Shown here piece after piece: positions 20,127-29,723 of a stretch of DNA of 64,000 bases; within the stretch, counting starts at the first letter, position 1; the number at the start of each line of letters is the position of its first letter. The DNA is from Candidatus Adlerbacteria bacterium. GTDB taxonomy: Bacteria; Patescibacteriota; Minisyncoccia; Phycocordibacterales; SBAW01. The position numbers and the translations under genes were made by a program. The notes under the pieces were generated by a model. The model ran no database searches. It was not told the DNA's origin and saw nothing but the letters and a program-made list of their open reading frames with translations. The stretch covers positions 40,214 to 104,213 of the forward strand of contig JAPLUW010000002.1 of assembly GCA_026397405.1 (NCBI GenBank), given 5' to 3'.

Positions 20127-21473
20127 TTATTCTTTTGGTTCACTATCCGACAACGGCATATCGATGCGGTTCATATCGCGCGGGAAAAGTGTTGCTTCGC
20201 GGATGTTTTTAAGTTCAAGAATCTGCATAGTCATACGCTCTACTCCAAATGCAAAGCCTCCTTCGGGCGGGGCACCATAACGGAAGGCCTCCAAGAACAT
20301 TTCAATTTTCTTTGGCTCCATCCCCCACTTTTCGACATGGTCCATAAGCTGTGCGTAGTCACTGATGCGGCGCCCGCCTGAAAGCCATTCGCGGCCACGG
20401 CAGAGTAAGTCCATACCTTCGTTAAACTCTGGAGTTTCTGGGTTTGGATATACATAAAACGGCTTCTGTTTTGTTGGGTAGCCGTACACGTACACAAAGT
20501 CTGAACCTGTTTCTTCTTTAACAATGGCGCAGATATCCATTTCGTCTTGCGAGCTTAAGTCTTTTTCGCCAACTACCTTGCGGCCAGTTTTTGCTTGGAT
20601 TTTTTCTTGTACTTCGGTAAGCGAGAAAGTTGGGGTTTTCTCGAGCATGACAGGCAGGGTTGCGCCGAGCAGTTCAATTTCTTTTGCACACTTTTGCGAA
20701 AGCACGTTCAAAATAAAACGCACTGTTTCTTCCGACATGTCGCGCACGTCGCGCCACGAGTCGATAAAGCCCATTTCGGCATCGAGAGAAACAAATTCTG
20801 TAATGTGGCGTGTGGTTGCAGAAGGTTCGGCGCGGAATACTTTGTTGACCGAAAAGACACGTTCAAACGCAGTCATGACAATTTGTTTGTACAACTGTGG
20901 CGACTGGGTAAGGTAGGCTTTTTTGTCGAAGTAGTTAACTTCGAATACTTCAGCGCCGCCTTCGGCTGTTGCTGGGGTAATTGCCGGCGCCTGGAATTCG
21001 AAGAAGTCCTGCGACTTCATGTATTCGCGGAAGGAATCAATAATGACCGCCTGCACTTTAAATATTGCCTGTAGACGTGGGTGGCGCAGCGTCAGCGCGC
21101 GGTGGTCGAGTTCAGTCGTAAGGTCCAAGTTGTATCCGTCTGCTGACATGTCGAATGGCAGCGGTTCGGCTTTTGCCAAAATAGTAAGCCCCGTTACTTC
21201 CAGCTCGATAGTGCCGTTCATTACTTTTGCATTTACGTTTTTCTCTGGGCGCGCGTTTACTTTGCCCTGTACCTCTACAACGTATTCGTTGCGAGTTTCT
21301 TTTGCAGTTTCAATTGCAGCAGACGATGGAAGAACAACACCCTGCACAGTTCCTGAGCGATCTCTAAAATCAAAAAACACCATCTTGCCCTGGTCGCGGC
21401 GTACGCTGACCCAACCTTTAATGGTTACTTCTTCCCCTGTCTTTCCTTCCAATTCTCCAATGAGTGTTCGCAT
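20127..21473 (-). CDS. aspS: aspartate--tRNA ligase, short archaeal-type class IIb (AspRS/AsnRS family)
   Basis: OB-fold N-terminus, FRAE motif 2, GGFAFGVERM motif 3. The 448 aa length fits archaeal-type AspRS. Asp versus Asn specificity cannot be decided from sequence by eye. Confidence 0.7.
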   Translation of the reverse strand: MRTLIGELEGKTGEEVTIKGWVSVRRDQGKMVFFDFRDRSGTVQGVVLPSSAAIETAKETRNEYVVEVQGKVNARPEKNVNAKVMNGTIELEVTGLTILAKAEPLPFDMSADGYNLDLTTELDHRALTLRHPRLQAIFKVQAVIIDSFREYMKSQDFFEFQAPAITPATAEGGAEVFEVNYFDKKAYLTQSPQLYKQIVMTAFERVFSVNKVFRAEPSATTRHITEFVSLDAEMGFIDSWRDVRDMSEETVRFILNVLSQKCAKEIELLGATLPVMLEKTPTFSLTEVQEKIQAKTGRKVVGEKDLSSQDEMDICAIVKEETGSDFVYVYGYPTKQKPFYVYPNPETPEFNEGMDLLCRGREWLSGGRRISDYAQLMDHVEKWGMEPKKIEMFLEAFRYGAPPEGGFAFGVERMTMQILELKNIREATLFPRDMNRIDMPLSDSEPKE

Positions 21474-21477
21474 ATAT

Positions 21478-22431
21478 TTAAAGTGTTACTCCTACTTTTT
21501 TTCGCACGTCTTCCATTTTTGCTGATGCAACTGCTTTTGCTTTTGCTGCTCCTGTCTTCAATACTGCTTTGACGTCATCGTCAGTAATAGAATTTCTTTT
21601 CTCGCGCATTGGAGTGAGCAAAGTATCCAAGTCTTCGATAAGAGCCTCTTTCAAAGCTTTATAACTACCTTTGTTTGCTTCATACAAAGGAGCTAATTCT
21701 TCATCAGTCTTCAAAAGTTTATGCATCGCGTACACATTTTCCGGGCGGTCGCCAGAAGAGTCGGTGACAATACTCATTACTGCTTTTGCGATTTCGTCAC
21801 GTGTGCCAAACAACGGAACTGTATTTCCGTAACTCTTACTCATCTTCTTACCATCAGTCCCTGGGATAGTCCCAACCGCTTTTACGATATGTTCCTTTGG
21901 TTCAATAAATGTTTGGCCGTAGGCACTGTTAAATTTTGCGGCAGCTTCGCGTGCATATTCAATATGTTGGCGCTGGTCTTCCCCTACCGGAACAATCACG
22001 GTGTCATACAAAAGAATATCTGCGGCCATAAGCATTGGGTAGGTAAAGAGGCCGGCGTTTGCTTCAAGACCTTTTGCGACTTTGTCTTTGTATGCGTGGC
22101 CGAGTTCCAAAAACGGTACCGTTACAAGGCAGTCAAAAATCCACGCAAGTTCTGTATGTTCTGAGATGTCCGACTGCTTAAAAATCACTGCTTTTTCTGG
22201 GTCTACTCCGGCAGCTAAATAATCTTTTACTGAATTGTAAATACATTCTTGTACTAACTTCGGGTCTTTTAGAGATGTGAGGGCGTGGTAGTCTGCCACC
22301 ATCAAAAAGCTTTCATAGTCGCCATACAGGTCGACGAATGGTTTAAGCGCACCAAAATAGTTGCCGATATGCAATGTTCCGCTAGACTGCAGCCCTGTTA
22401 AAAGCCGTTTTTTACCTTCTGCCATATACAC
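21478..22431 (-). CDS. trpS: tryptophan--tRNA ligase
   Basis: GLQSSGTLHIGNY HIGH region plus KMSKSYGN. 317 aa. Confidence 0.8.
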   Translation of the reverse strand: MYMAEGKKRLLTGLQSSGTLHIGNYFGALKPFVDLYGDYESFLMVADYHALTSLKDPKLVQECIYNSVKDYLAAGVDPEKAVIFKQSDISEHTELAWIFDCLVTVPFLELGHAYKDKVAKGLEANAGLFTYPMLMAADILLYDTVIVPVGEDQRQHIEYAREAAAKFNSAYGQTFIEPKEHIVKAVGTIPGTDGKKMSKSYGNTVPLFGTRDEIAKAVMSIVTDSSGDRPENVYAMHKLLKTDEELAPLYEANKGSYKALKEALIEDLDTLLTPMREKRNSITDDDVKAVLKTGAAKAKAVASAKMEDVRKKVGVTL

Positions 22432-22479
22432 ATGAGTGTACCAAAAAACCGCCCTTTTGAAAGGCGGTTGTTCTTTTGG

Positions 22480-23571
22480 TTATATCCCTTCCTCTTTTAG
22501 TTTTTCTACAAGTGCGCGGGCGCTGCGGGAGAGTTTTTGTGGGAGTGTAATTTTAACTTTTACAAACAGGTCGCCGCGTTTGCCATGGGCGTTTGGTACA
22601 CCCTTGCCTTTTACGCGCAACAATTCGCCATGGGTCACGCCAGCTGGTACTGAAATATGTTCTTCGCCGTCGAGTGTTGCAATTTTGTAGTCGGTGCCGA
22701 GCAATGCGTCTGAGAGTTTGACCGAAAGGTCGGTAAGCAAGTTTGGTCCATCTTTTTTAAAGCGTGGGTCGGGCTGCACATGTACTTTAACGTACAAGTC
22801 GCCCGACGCTCCGCCCTGCACGGCCTCGCCTGCTCCTGTGATGCGGATCATCTCACCACCTTCAATGCCTGCAGGTACGGCAATTTCAATTTCCTCTTGT
22901 TTTTTGTAGACACCTTCGCCGCGGCAGGTGTGGCATTTTTCTTCGGGGACCTTACCTGTGGCGTGGCAGTGCCGGCACGGGCTCTGCATGGTTATTGTGC
23001 CGAAAAAGGAATTGTTTGTTTCGTGGATTTTACCTGTGCCGTTGCAGTGTTTGCATGTCTGCATTTTGCTGCCCGGCGCTGCCCCCGAAGCTTTGCAGGT
23101 TTCGCACTGCGCAGTTTTTGCAAGCAGTACTCTGCGTTTGGTGCCAAAAATAGATTCTTTAAAATTTAATTCGAGGTCAATTGAAATGTCGCGGCCGCGG
23201 CGCTGGCGCTGTGCTCCGCCGCCAAATGCGTCACCAAAAATGTCGCTAAAGTCAAAGCCGCCAAACCCTTGCTGGAATGCATCTCCAAATTGCGAAAAGT
23301 CCCAGCCAGAGGCTGGTCCGCCTTGGGCGGAGAAGCCGCCTGGCCCCGTACCGTCTTGGAAGACACGTCCATACGAGTCAAACTCGGCACGCTTTTTGTC
23401 GTCGGAAAGGATGCTATATGCCTCGCTTACTTCTTTAAATTTGTCGGCATCTCCGGTTGTTTTGTCAGGGTGGAATTTGTGCGCGAGTTTGTGAAATGCT
23501 TTTTTGATTTCGTCTTTTGAGGCGCTTTTGCCTACCCCCAATATCTCGTAATAGTCGCGCTTAGTAGCCAT
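22480..23571 (-). CDS. dnaJ: molecular chaperone DnaJ
   Basis: J-domain HPD (KFHPDK), a G/F-rich region, and four CxxCxGxG zinc repeats. Confidence 0.9.
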   Translation of the reverse strand: MATKRDYYEILGVGKSASKDEIKKAFHKLAHKFHPDKTTGDADKFKEVSEAYSILSDDKKRAEFDSYGRVFQDGTGPGGFSAQGGPASGWDFSQFGDAFQQGFGGFDFSDIFGDAFGGGAQRQRRGRDISIDLELNFKESIFGTKRRVLLAKTAQCETCKASGAAPGSKMQTCKHCNGTGKIHETNNSFFGTITMQSPCRHCHATGKVPEEKCHTCRGEGVYKKQEEIEIAVPAGIEGGEMIRITGAGEAVQGGASGDLYVKVHVQPDPRFKKDGPNLLTDLSVKLSDALLGTDYKIATLDGEEHISVPAGVTHGELLRVKGKGVPNAHGKRGDLFVKVKITLPQKLSRSARALVEKLKEEGI

Positions 23572-23621
23572 AATTAGCTACATACTACTGATTTTCTGCC
23601 TCTTCCGCAAGCCTGCCTCGC

Positions 23622-25448
23622 CTATACGGCGGGTTCTTCGTCTTCTTCAACAATTTCTGTACCGCTGCCGTCGTCTGCAATAAAACCGCCTGCCTGGATG
23701 CTCCAAAGTTTGTGGTAGAGGCCCTTATGTTCGAGCAGTTCGTCGTGAGTGCCGGTTGCTGCAACCACACCGTTTTCAATCACGACAATCCTGTCCATGT
23801 TCATAATCGTCGAAAGCCGATGGGCAATAACAATAACCGTTTTACCTTCCATTAAGGTTTTAAGAGCGTCTTGAATAAGTGCTTCCGACTCGGAGTCGAG
23901 GCTCGACGTCGCTTCGTCCAAAACAAGAATCGGTGAGTTTTTAAGTATCGCGCGGGCAATAGCAACGCGCTGCCTCTCGCCGCCCGAGAGTTTAACGCCA
24001 CGCTCCCCCACATAGGTGTTGTATCCATCCTTCAGCTGCGAAATAAATTCATGGCAGTGTGCTTGTTTTGCAGCTTCGATAACATCTTTGTCTGATGCGC
24101 CACGCCGCCCATAGCGAATATTTTCCATCAATGTGCGGTGGAAGAGTACTGGCTCCTGCGGAACAAAAGAGATTTCATTGCGTAGCGAATCTTGCGTAAC
24201 CTTAGAAATATTTTGACCGTCTATCTTTATCTCCCCGTCGTGTATGTCGTACAGACGCAAAAGGAGTTTAGTTATTGTGCTTTTGCCAGCCCCAGATGGT
24301 CCCACCAAAGCAACGCGCTCTCCTCCGGCAATGGTCAAGTTAAATGTATTTAGTATCGAGGCTCCGTCTTTAAAGCCAAATGAGACATCGTCAAACCACA
24401 CTTCCCCTTTGTCGACATGCAGCTTCTTGGCGCCTTTTGCATCTTTAATTTCGTACGGCAATTTAAGTATGTAGACCATTTCGCCGGCATCTGCCAGTGC
24501 GGTGTTAATGTTTCTAAATTCTCTGCCCAAACCCCAGACTTTATCAAGAAGTCCTATAAAGTAGGTTTGGATAAGCACAAAGTCGCCAACGGTAAGCGAC
24601 CCTGCTTCCCACAACTTAAACCCAATCCACAACAATCCTATGTTCATCGTGACGGAAAATATGCTTTGGACACCGTAGATCCATATGTCCGCAGTCCATG
24701 TGCGGAGCAGTGCTTTAAGGAGTCTGTCTATAACTGCGCCTACTCCTTTTTCTTCAAATTGGTTGCCGGAAAAAAGTTGAACAGTCGAGTGGTTGGATAT
24801 CGAGTCTGCGAGCGCAGCGGTAACATTACTGTCTTCCTCTGCACGTTTGGCACGCAAAGGTTGCTGGTAATGTGCCATCACTATTTGCACGACAATAAAC
24901 AAAAGGGTGGCCCCCGCAAGCGAAGCACCAAGCACTGGATGCTTGTACCACAGCACAATGATAATTCCTACGGTATAAAGTACTGCGTGCAGCACTGAAC
25001 CAATAAGAGAATCCCACAATTTGTTGAACGAGTCGCTATATCGCCCAACACGTCTTGTCAGCGCCCCTGAAAATGATGAAGTAAAGAACTGGTAGGAATG
25101 TCGCATAAGGTATGCGAAAGCCTCTTTGGAAAGGTCGGCCATGATTCGTGCACATGTTTGTGTGCCCGCATACATTTCTACGCGCCACGCTATCCAGATG
25201 ACTACTAACATTGAGGCGAACCCCACCAGCGCCATGCTGGCCTGGTGGATAATATCTGGAGAGACAGACCCCAAAGAAATTATGTTGATGAATTGCCGTA
25301 AAAAAAGTGGGCCAATTATGCTGCAGATTTGTATAACCACTATGGACCCAACAGAAAACCCAACATACACAGGGTAGTTGCGGGTATGCCGCCAGTACGC
25401 GCGAAATACGTCTCTGGCTTTTGCTACTTTTTTCTCTTCGGTCTTCAT
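23622..25448 (-). CDS. ABC exporter, fused permease/ATPase (MsbA-like)
   Basis: Six TM helices at the N-terminus, then Walker A GPSGAGKST, LSGGERQRVAIARA and ILVLDEATSSLD. Confidence 0.8.
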   Translation of the reverse strand: MKTEEKKVAKARDVFRAYWRHTRNYPVYVGFSVGSIVVIQICSIIGPLFLRQFINIISLGSVSPDIIHQASMALVGFASMLVVIWIAWRVEMYAGTQTCARIMADLSKEAFAYLMRHSYQFFTSSFSGALTRRVGRYSDSFNKLWDSLIGSVLHAVLYTVGIIIVLWYKHPVLGASLAGATLLFIVVQIVMAHYQQPLRAKRAEEDSNVTAALADSISNHSTVQLFSGNQFEEKGVGAVIDRLLKALLRTWTADIWIYGVQSIFSVTMNIGLLWIGFKLWEAGSLTVGDFVLIQTYFIGLLDKVWGLGREFRNINTALADAGEMVYILKLPYEIKDAKGAKKLHVDKGEVWFDDVSFGFKDGASILNTFNLTIAGGERVALVGPSGAGKSTITKLLLRLYDIHDGEIKIDGQNISKVTQDSLRNEISFVPQEPVLFHRTLMENIRYGRRGASDKDVIEAAKQAHCHEFISQLKDGYNTYVGERGVKLSGGERQRVAIARAILKNSPILVLDEATSSLDSESEALIQDALKTLMEGKTVIVIAHRLSTIMNMDRIVVIENGVVAATGTHDELLEHKGLYHKLWSIQAGGFIADDGSGTEIVEEDEEPAV

Positions 25449-25470
25449 GTAAGTTTTCAGAATAACACAA

Positions 25471-25494
25471 GCCTCCCCGTTGTGTCGGAGAGGC
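25471..25494 (-). terminator. intra-operon hairpin between dnaK and the ABC exporter gene (possible attenuator)
   Basis: gcctccccg-ttgtgt-cggagaggc stem-loop. No strong T-run. Confidence 0.3.
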
Positions 25495-25516
25495 AGTGTT
25501 TATATTGAACGGCTAA

Positions 25517-27430
25517 TTACTGCTGCGGAGGAGTATCTCCTGTTGGAGGTACGTCGCCTGCGGGTGGGGTTTGGGTAGCGTCGGTTGCAGGTCCTTCAGT
25601 TGGCGGAGTAGCAGCTCCAGCTTTCTGCACCGCTTCGTACACCTTAGACATTTCTTTTGAAAGTTCTTCCGTTGCGGTTTTTGTGGCAGCTGCGTTGTCG
25701 CCACCTTTTACTGCTTCAAGTGCAGAAATTTTTTCAGTAATTGCTGTGCCTAATTCGGCTGGGATCTTGTCTTTGTTGTCATCAAGCGCCTTCTTTGCAG
25801 CATAGACTGCTTGTTCGGCTAGGTTGCGCGCTTCGGCAAGTTCAATTTTTTGTTTGTCAGCGTCAGCGTTTGCCTCGGCGTCTTTACGCATCTTTTCGAT
25901 GTCCGCGTCGGAAAGGCCTGACGATGCTTCAATGCGGATAGACTGTTCCTTGTTTGTTGCTTTGTCTTTTGCTTTGACCGAAAGGATGCCGTTTGCATCG
26001 ACGTCGAAGGTTACTTCCACCTGTGGGAGGCCGCGTGGTGCCGGCGGGATGCCGTCCAATACAAAGCGCCCAAGCGACTTGTTGTCCCCTGCCATGGCAC
26101 GCTCGCCCTGGGTAATGTGGATTTCTACAGACGTTTGGTTGTCTGCCGCTGTCGAGAATGTTTGTGAGCGGCTTGTTGGGATTGTTGTATTGCGTTCAAT
26201 AAGTTTGGTCGAGACGCCGCCCATGGTTTCAATACCGAGCGACAGCGGGATAACGTCGAGCAACAACACGTCGCGGACTTCCCCGCCCAAAATGCCGCCC
26301 TGGATAGCTGCACCAATGGCCACTACTTCGTCTGGGTTTACAGACATGTTTGGCTTTTTACCGAAGTACTCTTCCACGGCTGCCTGGAGTGCTGGCATGC
26401 GGGTTTGGCCACCGACAAGTATTACCTGGTTGATGTCCGCAATTTTAAACGGCGATGCTTCCATTGCGCGCTTGGTAATTGCGATTGCGCGTTCGATAAA
26501 TTCTGCAGAAAGTTCTTCCAACTTTGCGCGGCTCATCTTAATGAGCAAGTGGCGGGGCCCTGATGCGTCGGAGGTAATAAACGGAATATTTATTTCCGTA
26601 TCAACTGCAGTAGAGAGTTCGATTTTTGCTTTCTCGGCTGCTTCGTCCAGGCGCTGGCGGCCAAGCGGGTCGTTGCGCACGTCGATTCCCGATTCTTTCT
26701 GGAATTCTGTTGCGAGCCAGTCGATAATTTTTTGGTCCAAGTCTTTGCCGCCCAAGTGTGCGTCGCCGTCTGTGGACTTAACCTCGATAGAATCTTCTCC
26801 GTCGTTTGAACCTACTTCCAATACTGAAATGTCGAATGTTCCACCGCCGAAGTCGAAGACAACTATTTTTTCGTTTTTGTTTTTGTTAAAGCCATATGCA
26901 AGCGCTGCCGCGGTTGGTTCGTTGATGATGCGCTTAACATCGAGGCCGGCAATTTTACCTGCATCGCGGGTTGCAGCGCGCTGCGCGTCGTTAAAGTATG
27001 CAGGTACGGTAATTACCGCTTCGGTAATTGTTTCGCCCAAGCGTTTTTCCGCATCTACCTTCATCTTCTGCAGGATCATTGCGGAAATTTCTTCCGGGCG
27101 GTACCACTGCCCGCCCATCTCTACTTCGATGCCGCCGTTTGTAGACTTGCGCATCTCAAACGGTACAGCCGACTTGTCTTTTTGCACCAGGGCTTCGTCA
27201 AAGTTGTGGCCGATAAAGCGCTTTATCTGGTAGACAGTATTTTTTGGGTTTGTAACTCCTTGGCGGCGCGCAATTAAACCAACCAACTTTTCGCCAGTTT
27301 TGCTTGCTGCAACAATAGACGGCATGGTGCGTGCACCTTCAGCATTTTCGATAATCTGTGGCTCGCCCCCGCGCATAATTGCCATTGCGGAGTTTGTAGT
27401 GCCCAAGTCAATACCTAGAATTTTACCCAT
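25517..27430 (-). CDS. dnaK: molecular chaperone DnaK (Hsp70)
   Basis: [21 protein letters not shown] and VGGQTRMP signatures. 637 aa. Confidence 0.95.
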   Translation of the reverse strand: MGKILGIDLGTTNSAMAIMRGGEPQIIENAEGARTMPSIVAASKTGEKLVGLIARRQGVTNPKNTVYQIKRFIGHNFDEALVQKDKSAVPFEMRKSTNGGIEVEMGGQWYRPEEISAMILQKMKVDAEKRLGETITEAVITVPAYFNDAQRAATRDAGKIAGLDVKRIINEPTAAALAYGFNKNKNEKIVVFDFGGGTFDISVLEVGSNDGEDSIEVKSTDGDAHLGGKDLDQKIIDWLATEFQKESGIDVRNDPLGRQRLDEAAEKAKIELSTAVDTEINIPFITSDASGPRHLLIKMSRAKLEELSAEFIERAIAITKRAMEASPFKIADINQVILVGGQTRMPALQAAVEEYFGKKPNMSVNPDEVVAIGAAIQGGILGGEVRDVLLLDVIPLSLGIETMGGVSTKLIERNTTIPTSRSQTFSTAADNQTSVEIHITQGERAMAGDNKSLGRFVLDGIPPAPRGLPQVEVTFDVDANGILSVKAKDKATNKEQSIRIEASSGLSDADIEKMRKDAEANADADKQKIELAEARNLAEQAVYAAKKALDDNKDKIPAELGTAITEKISALEAVKGGDNAAATKTATEELSKEMSKVYEAVQKAGAATPPTEGPATDATQTPPAGDVPPTGDTPPQQ

Positions 27431-27441
27431 AAAATATTTGT

Positions 27442-27921
27442 TTAAATTATTACCTGTGCGGCCCTAATAATTTTATTTCCAACACTATACCCGCTGCGTT
27501 CAACTGTTTCAATAGTGTGGCCTTCCCCTTTTTGCATAAGTGCTTCGTGCTTGTGGGGGTTAAATTCTTCCCCCGGCTTTCCGAACTGCTCGACGCCCAT
27601 TGTGCCCAGTGAACTTAGAAGTTGTTTGTGGACTATTTTTAACTCTTCCGTCGGTGCGTGTTTAAGTGCCATTTCAAACGAGTCTAGTGAGGGTACCAAA
27701 GCCTCTATGAAGTCGGCCTTAATCCTCTCCTCCTTTTCAGCCATCATCTGCGCTTCTTCTTTTTTAAAGTTGGCAAAGTCGGCTCGTGCTCGCTGCCATC
27801 CGTCCAAATATTCCTGTTTTTCTTTTACTGCGGTTTCGAGTTTTTCGCGGAGTTTTTTAACGGCGGCGGGAGTTTGTTCCTCTTCTTCCTCTACAAATTC
27901 TTCATCAGAGTCGCTTAACAT
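27442..27921 (-). CDS. grpE: nucleotide exchange factor GrpE
   Basis: Acidic N-terminus, coiled region, and the C-terminal GrpE core. Position immediately upstream of dnaK. Confidence 0.85.
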   Translation of the reverse strand: MLSDSDEEFVEEEEEQTPAAVKKLREKLETAVKEKQEYLDGWQRARADFANFKKEEAQMMAEKEERIKADFIEALVPSLDSFEMALKHAPTEELKIVHKQLLSSLGTMGVEQFGKPGEEFNPHKHEALMQKGEGHTIETVERSGYSVGNKIIRAAQVII

Positions 27922-27927
27922 TCCACC

Positions 27928-27955
27928 ATTTTACACAAAAAAAGCTAGGAGTCAA
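27928..27955 (-). promoter_or_regulatory. candidate sigma70 promoter for grpE (TTGACT-N16-TAAAAT) abutting the start codon, implying a leaderless transcript
   Basis: Read on the minus strand. The -10 hexamer ends 7 nt before the ATG. No CIRCE inverted repeat was seen. Confidence 0.35.
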
Positions 27956-28019
27956 ATATTATTTTTGAAAAAGAAGAAGACCGCTGGGGAGGTCTTCTCC
28001 TTGACGGTCCCGTTACGGC

Positions 28020-28463
28020 TCACTTGGTGCCGGTGACTTTTGCTACCTGCTTGAGGAAGCGGTCGATGTCGGCTTGTATCTCCTCCCTCTCGGTCGGAAT
28101 CGCGGCACCCACGCCCGCCAACTTGCTCTTGTCTGCGAGAAGCATGTCGGCGCAGGCCTCCTCTTGGCGGTACGTGGTGCTGATGCTGATACAGCGCTTC
28201 TTCGGCACTTTGGCGGCTTTCGCTAGGTCGGTGCCGTTGAAGGCGCTGATTAGGGTGTGGTCCAACAGAACCAGGTTCGGCTTAAACCCCCTGACAAGGC
28301 CTGCCGCATGCTCGAGATTGCTCGAGTACACCACCCCCTGCTTCTCGCCGGACTTACCGATCGCCAGTCCGAGCGTGTCGTAGCCCTGCTCTTTGAGCAA
28401 GATGCACATGCCCGCGACGACCATTTCGTCGTCGTCGACAACGATGACTTTTTTAGCTGCCAT
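28020..28463 (-). CDS. orphan single-domain response-regulator receiver (CheY/Spo0F-like)
   Basis: KVIVVDDDE (acidic pocket), KPNLVLLDHTL (phosphoacceptor Asp position), ISIST and K further on. GAGGAG SD. Paralog of 53634..54083. Confidence 0.6.
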   Translation of the reverse strand: MAAKKVIVVDDDEMVVAGMCILLKEQGYDTLGLAIGKSGEKQGVVYSSNLEHAAGLVRGFKPNLVLLDHTLISAFNGTDLAKAAKVPKKRCISISTTYRQEEACADMLLADKSKLAGVGAAIPTEREEIQADIDRFLKQVAKVTGTK

Positions 28464-28545
28464 GGAATCTCCTCTGCCCAGCCAATTTGTACTGCATTAT
28501 TAAATTAACATTAAAGACATATAAGTCAATGGTGGACGAAAGCAA

Positions 28546-28574
28546 ACAAAAAATCTCCCGAAGGAGATTTTTTG
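28546..28574. terminator. bidirectional rho-independent terminator (aaatctcc-cgaa-ggagattt with A/T runs)
   Basis: An 8-bp stem with a tetraloop, A6 on the 5' side and T6 on the 3' side. Downstream of rpsI. Confidence 0.6.
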
Positions 28575-28578
28575 AGCG

Positions 28579-28995
28579 TTAGCGCTTAGACCACTGTTTG
28601 CGCTTGCGGGCTTTGACGAAGCCGAATTTGCGGCGTTCTTTTGCGCGAGGGTCGCGCTTGAGGAATCCTTCTTTCTTAAGTACGCCGCGGAGGTTTATAT
28701 CGTATTCGATAAGTGCGCGAGAAATTGCATGGCGCACAGCTGTAGCCTGGCCTGCGATACCGCCGCCCGACACTACTACCTTAACTGCAAACTGGGTTGT
28801 AAGAGACACCTTCAAAAATGCTTCAAGTGCAGTGACACGAAGCGGCTCTGTAACAAAGTAGTCGTTAACGTCTTTGCCGTTAATGATGACGGCAGTTTTT
28901 GTCGACGGAGTGATACGAGCACGCGCAATAGCCGTTTTGCGGCGGCCAACTGCCTCGATATAGCGCTCTTCTGTTTTTTCTTTAGTAGTTACCAT
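28579..28995 (-). CDS. rpsI: 30S ribosomal protein S9
   Basis: C-terminal KRKQWSKR and the overall S9 pattern. Confidence 0.9.
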   Translation of the reverse strand: MVTTKEKTEERYIEAVGRRKTAIARARITPSTKTAVIINGKDVNDYFVTEPLRVTALEAFLKVSLTTQFAVKVVVSGGGIAGQATAVRHAISRALIEYDINLRGVLKKEGFLKRDPRAKERRKFGFVKARKRKQWSKR

Positions 28996-28999
28996 ATGT

Positions 29000-29341
29000 T
29001 TACTTTTCGATTGTCAGCATTTTGATGCGTTTTGCCTGGAGGCGGTTCTTTGGCAACATGCCAAGCACTGCGCGGCGGATAGCATCTTTCTCGCCTAGGC
29101 GCGCGGTGAGCATACCATAGGTTTCGGTCTTTTGCCCGCCTGGGTAGCCAGAGTAGCGTACATAGGTCTTGTCTTTTGCTTTAACGCCTGAAAGTTTTAT
29201 TTTCGATGCGTTTATGATGGTGACACCTTCCTGGTCGACAAGGTTTTTTGCAAATGACGCAGAGTGCTTGCCGAGCAGCGCTTTTGCCGCAGCAGAAGCT
29301 ACGCGTCCCAACATTTTGTCTTTTGCATCAATAGTTATCAT
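29000..29341 (-). CDS. rplM: 50S ribosomal protein L13
   Basis: MITIDAKDKMLGRVASAAAKALLGKH matches the L13 N-terminus. Confidence 0.9.
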   Translation of the reverse strand: MITIDAKDKMLGRVASAAAKALLGKHSASFAKNLVDQEGVTIINASKIKLSGVKAKDKTYVRYSGYPGGQKTETYGMLTARLGEKDAIRRAVLGMLPKNRLQAKRIKMLTIEK

Positions 29342-29351
29342 AAAAGTTTTA

Positions 29352-29699
29352 TTATACGAACTCGATTACTGCCATCGCAGCGCCGTCGCCTTTGCGCGGG
29401 CCCATCTTAGTGATGCGTAGGTAGCCACCCTTGCGTTCGGTGTAGGTAGCTGCAGTTTTGATCAATTTACTTGTAACGCGCGCATCGCCCAACTGTGCGA
29501 TAAGCAAGCGGCGGTTGTTAAGCGTCACTGTCTTTGCACGGGTGACGAGCTTTTCAACAAGCGGGCGGATTTCTTTTGCCTTTGCCTCGGTTGTAGTTAT
29601 CTTGCTTTTGATAACCAAGGAACGTGCAAGAGACTTCAAAAGCGCTGCGCGCTGGTTTGTTTCTCGGCCAAATTTTCTGTTGTGATTTCCGTGTCTCAT
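29352..29699 (-). CDS. rplQ: 50S ribosomal protein L17
   Basis: MRHGNHNRKFGRETNQRAALLKSLARSL is the L17 consensus. Confidence 0.9.
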   Translation of the reverse strand: MRHGNHNRKFGRETNQRAALLKSLARSLVIKSKITTTEAKAKEIRPLVEKLVTRAKTVTLNNRRLLIAQLGDARVTSKLIKTAATYTERKGGYLRITKMGPRKGDGAAMAVIEFV

Positions 29700-29723
29700 A
29701 AATGTAGGTGTATCTGTAGCGAA

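Noticed and set aside
25824-27233. 469-aa plus-strand ORF
   Set aside because: It is antisense to dnaK. It is Ser/Ala-rich and low-complexity, typical of the shadow frame of a GC-biased gene.
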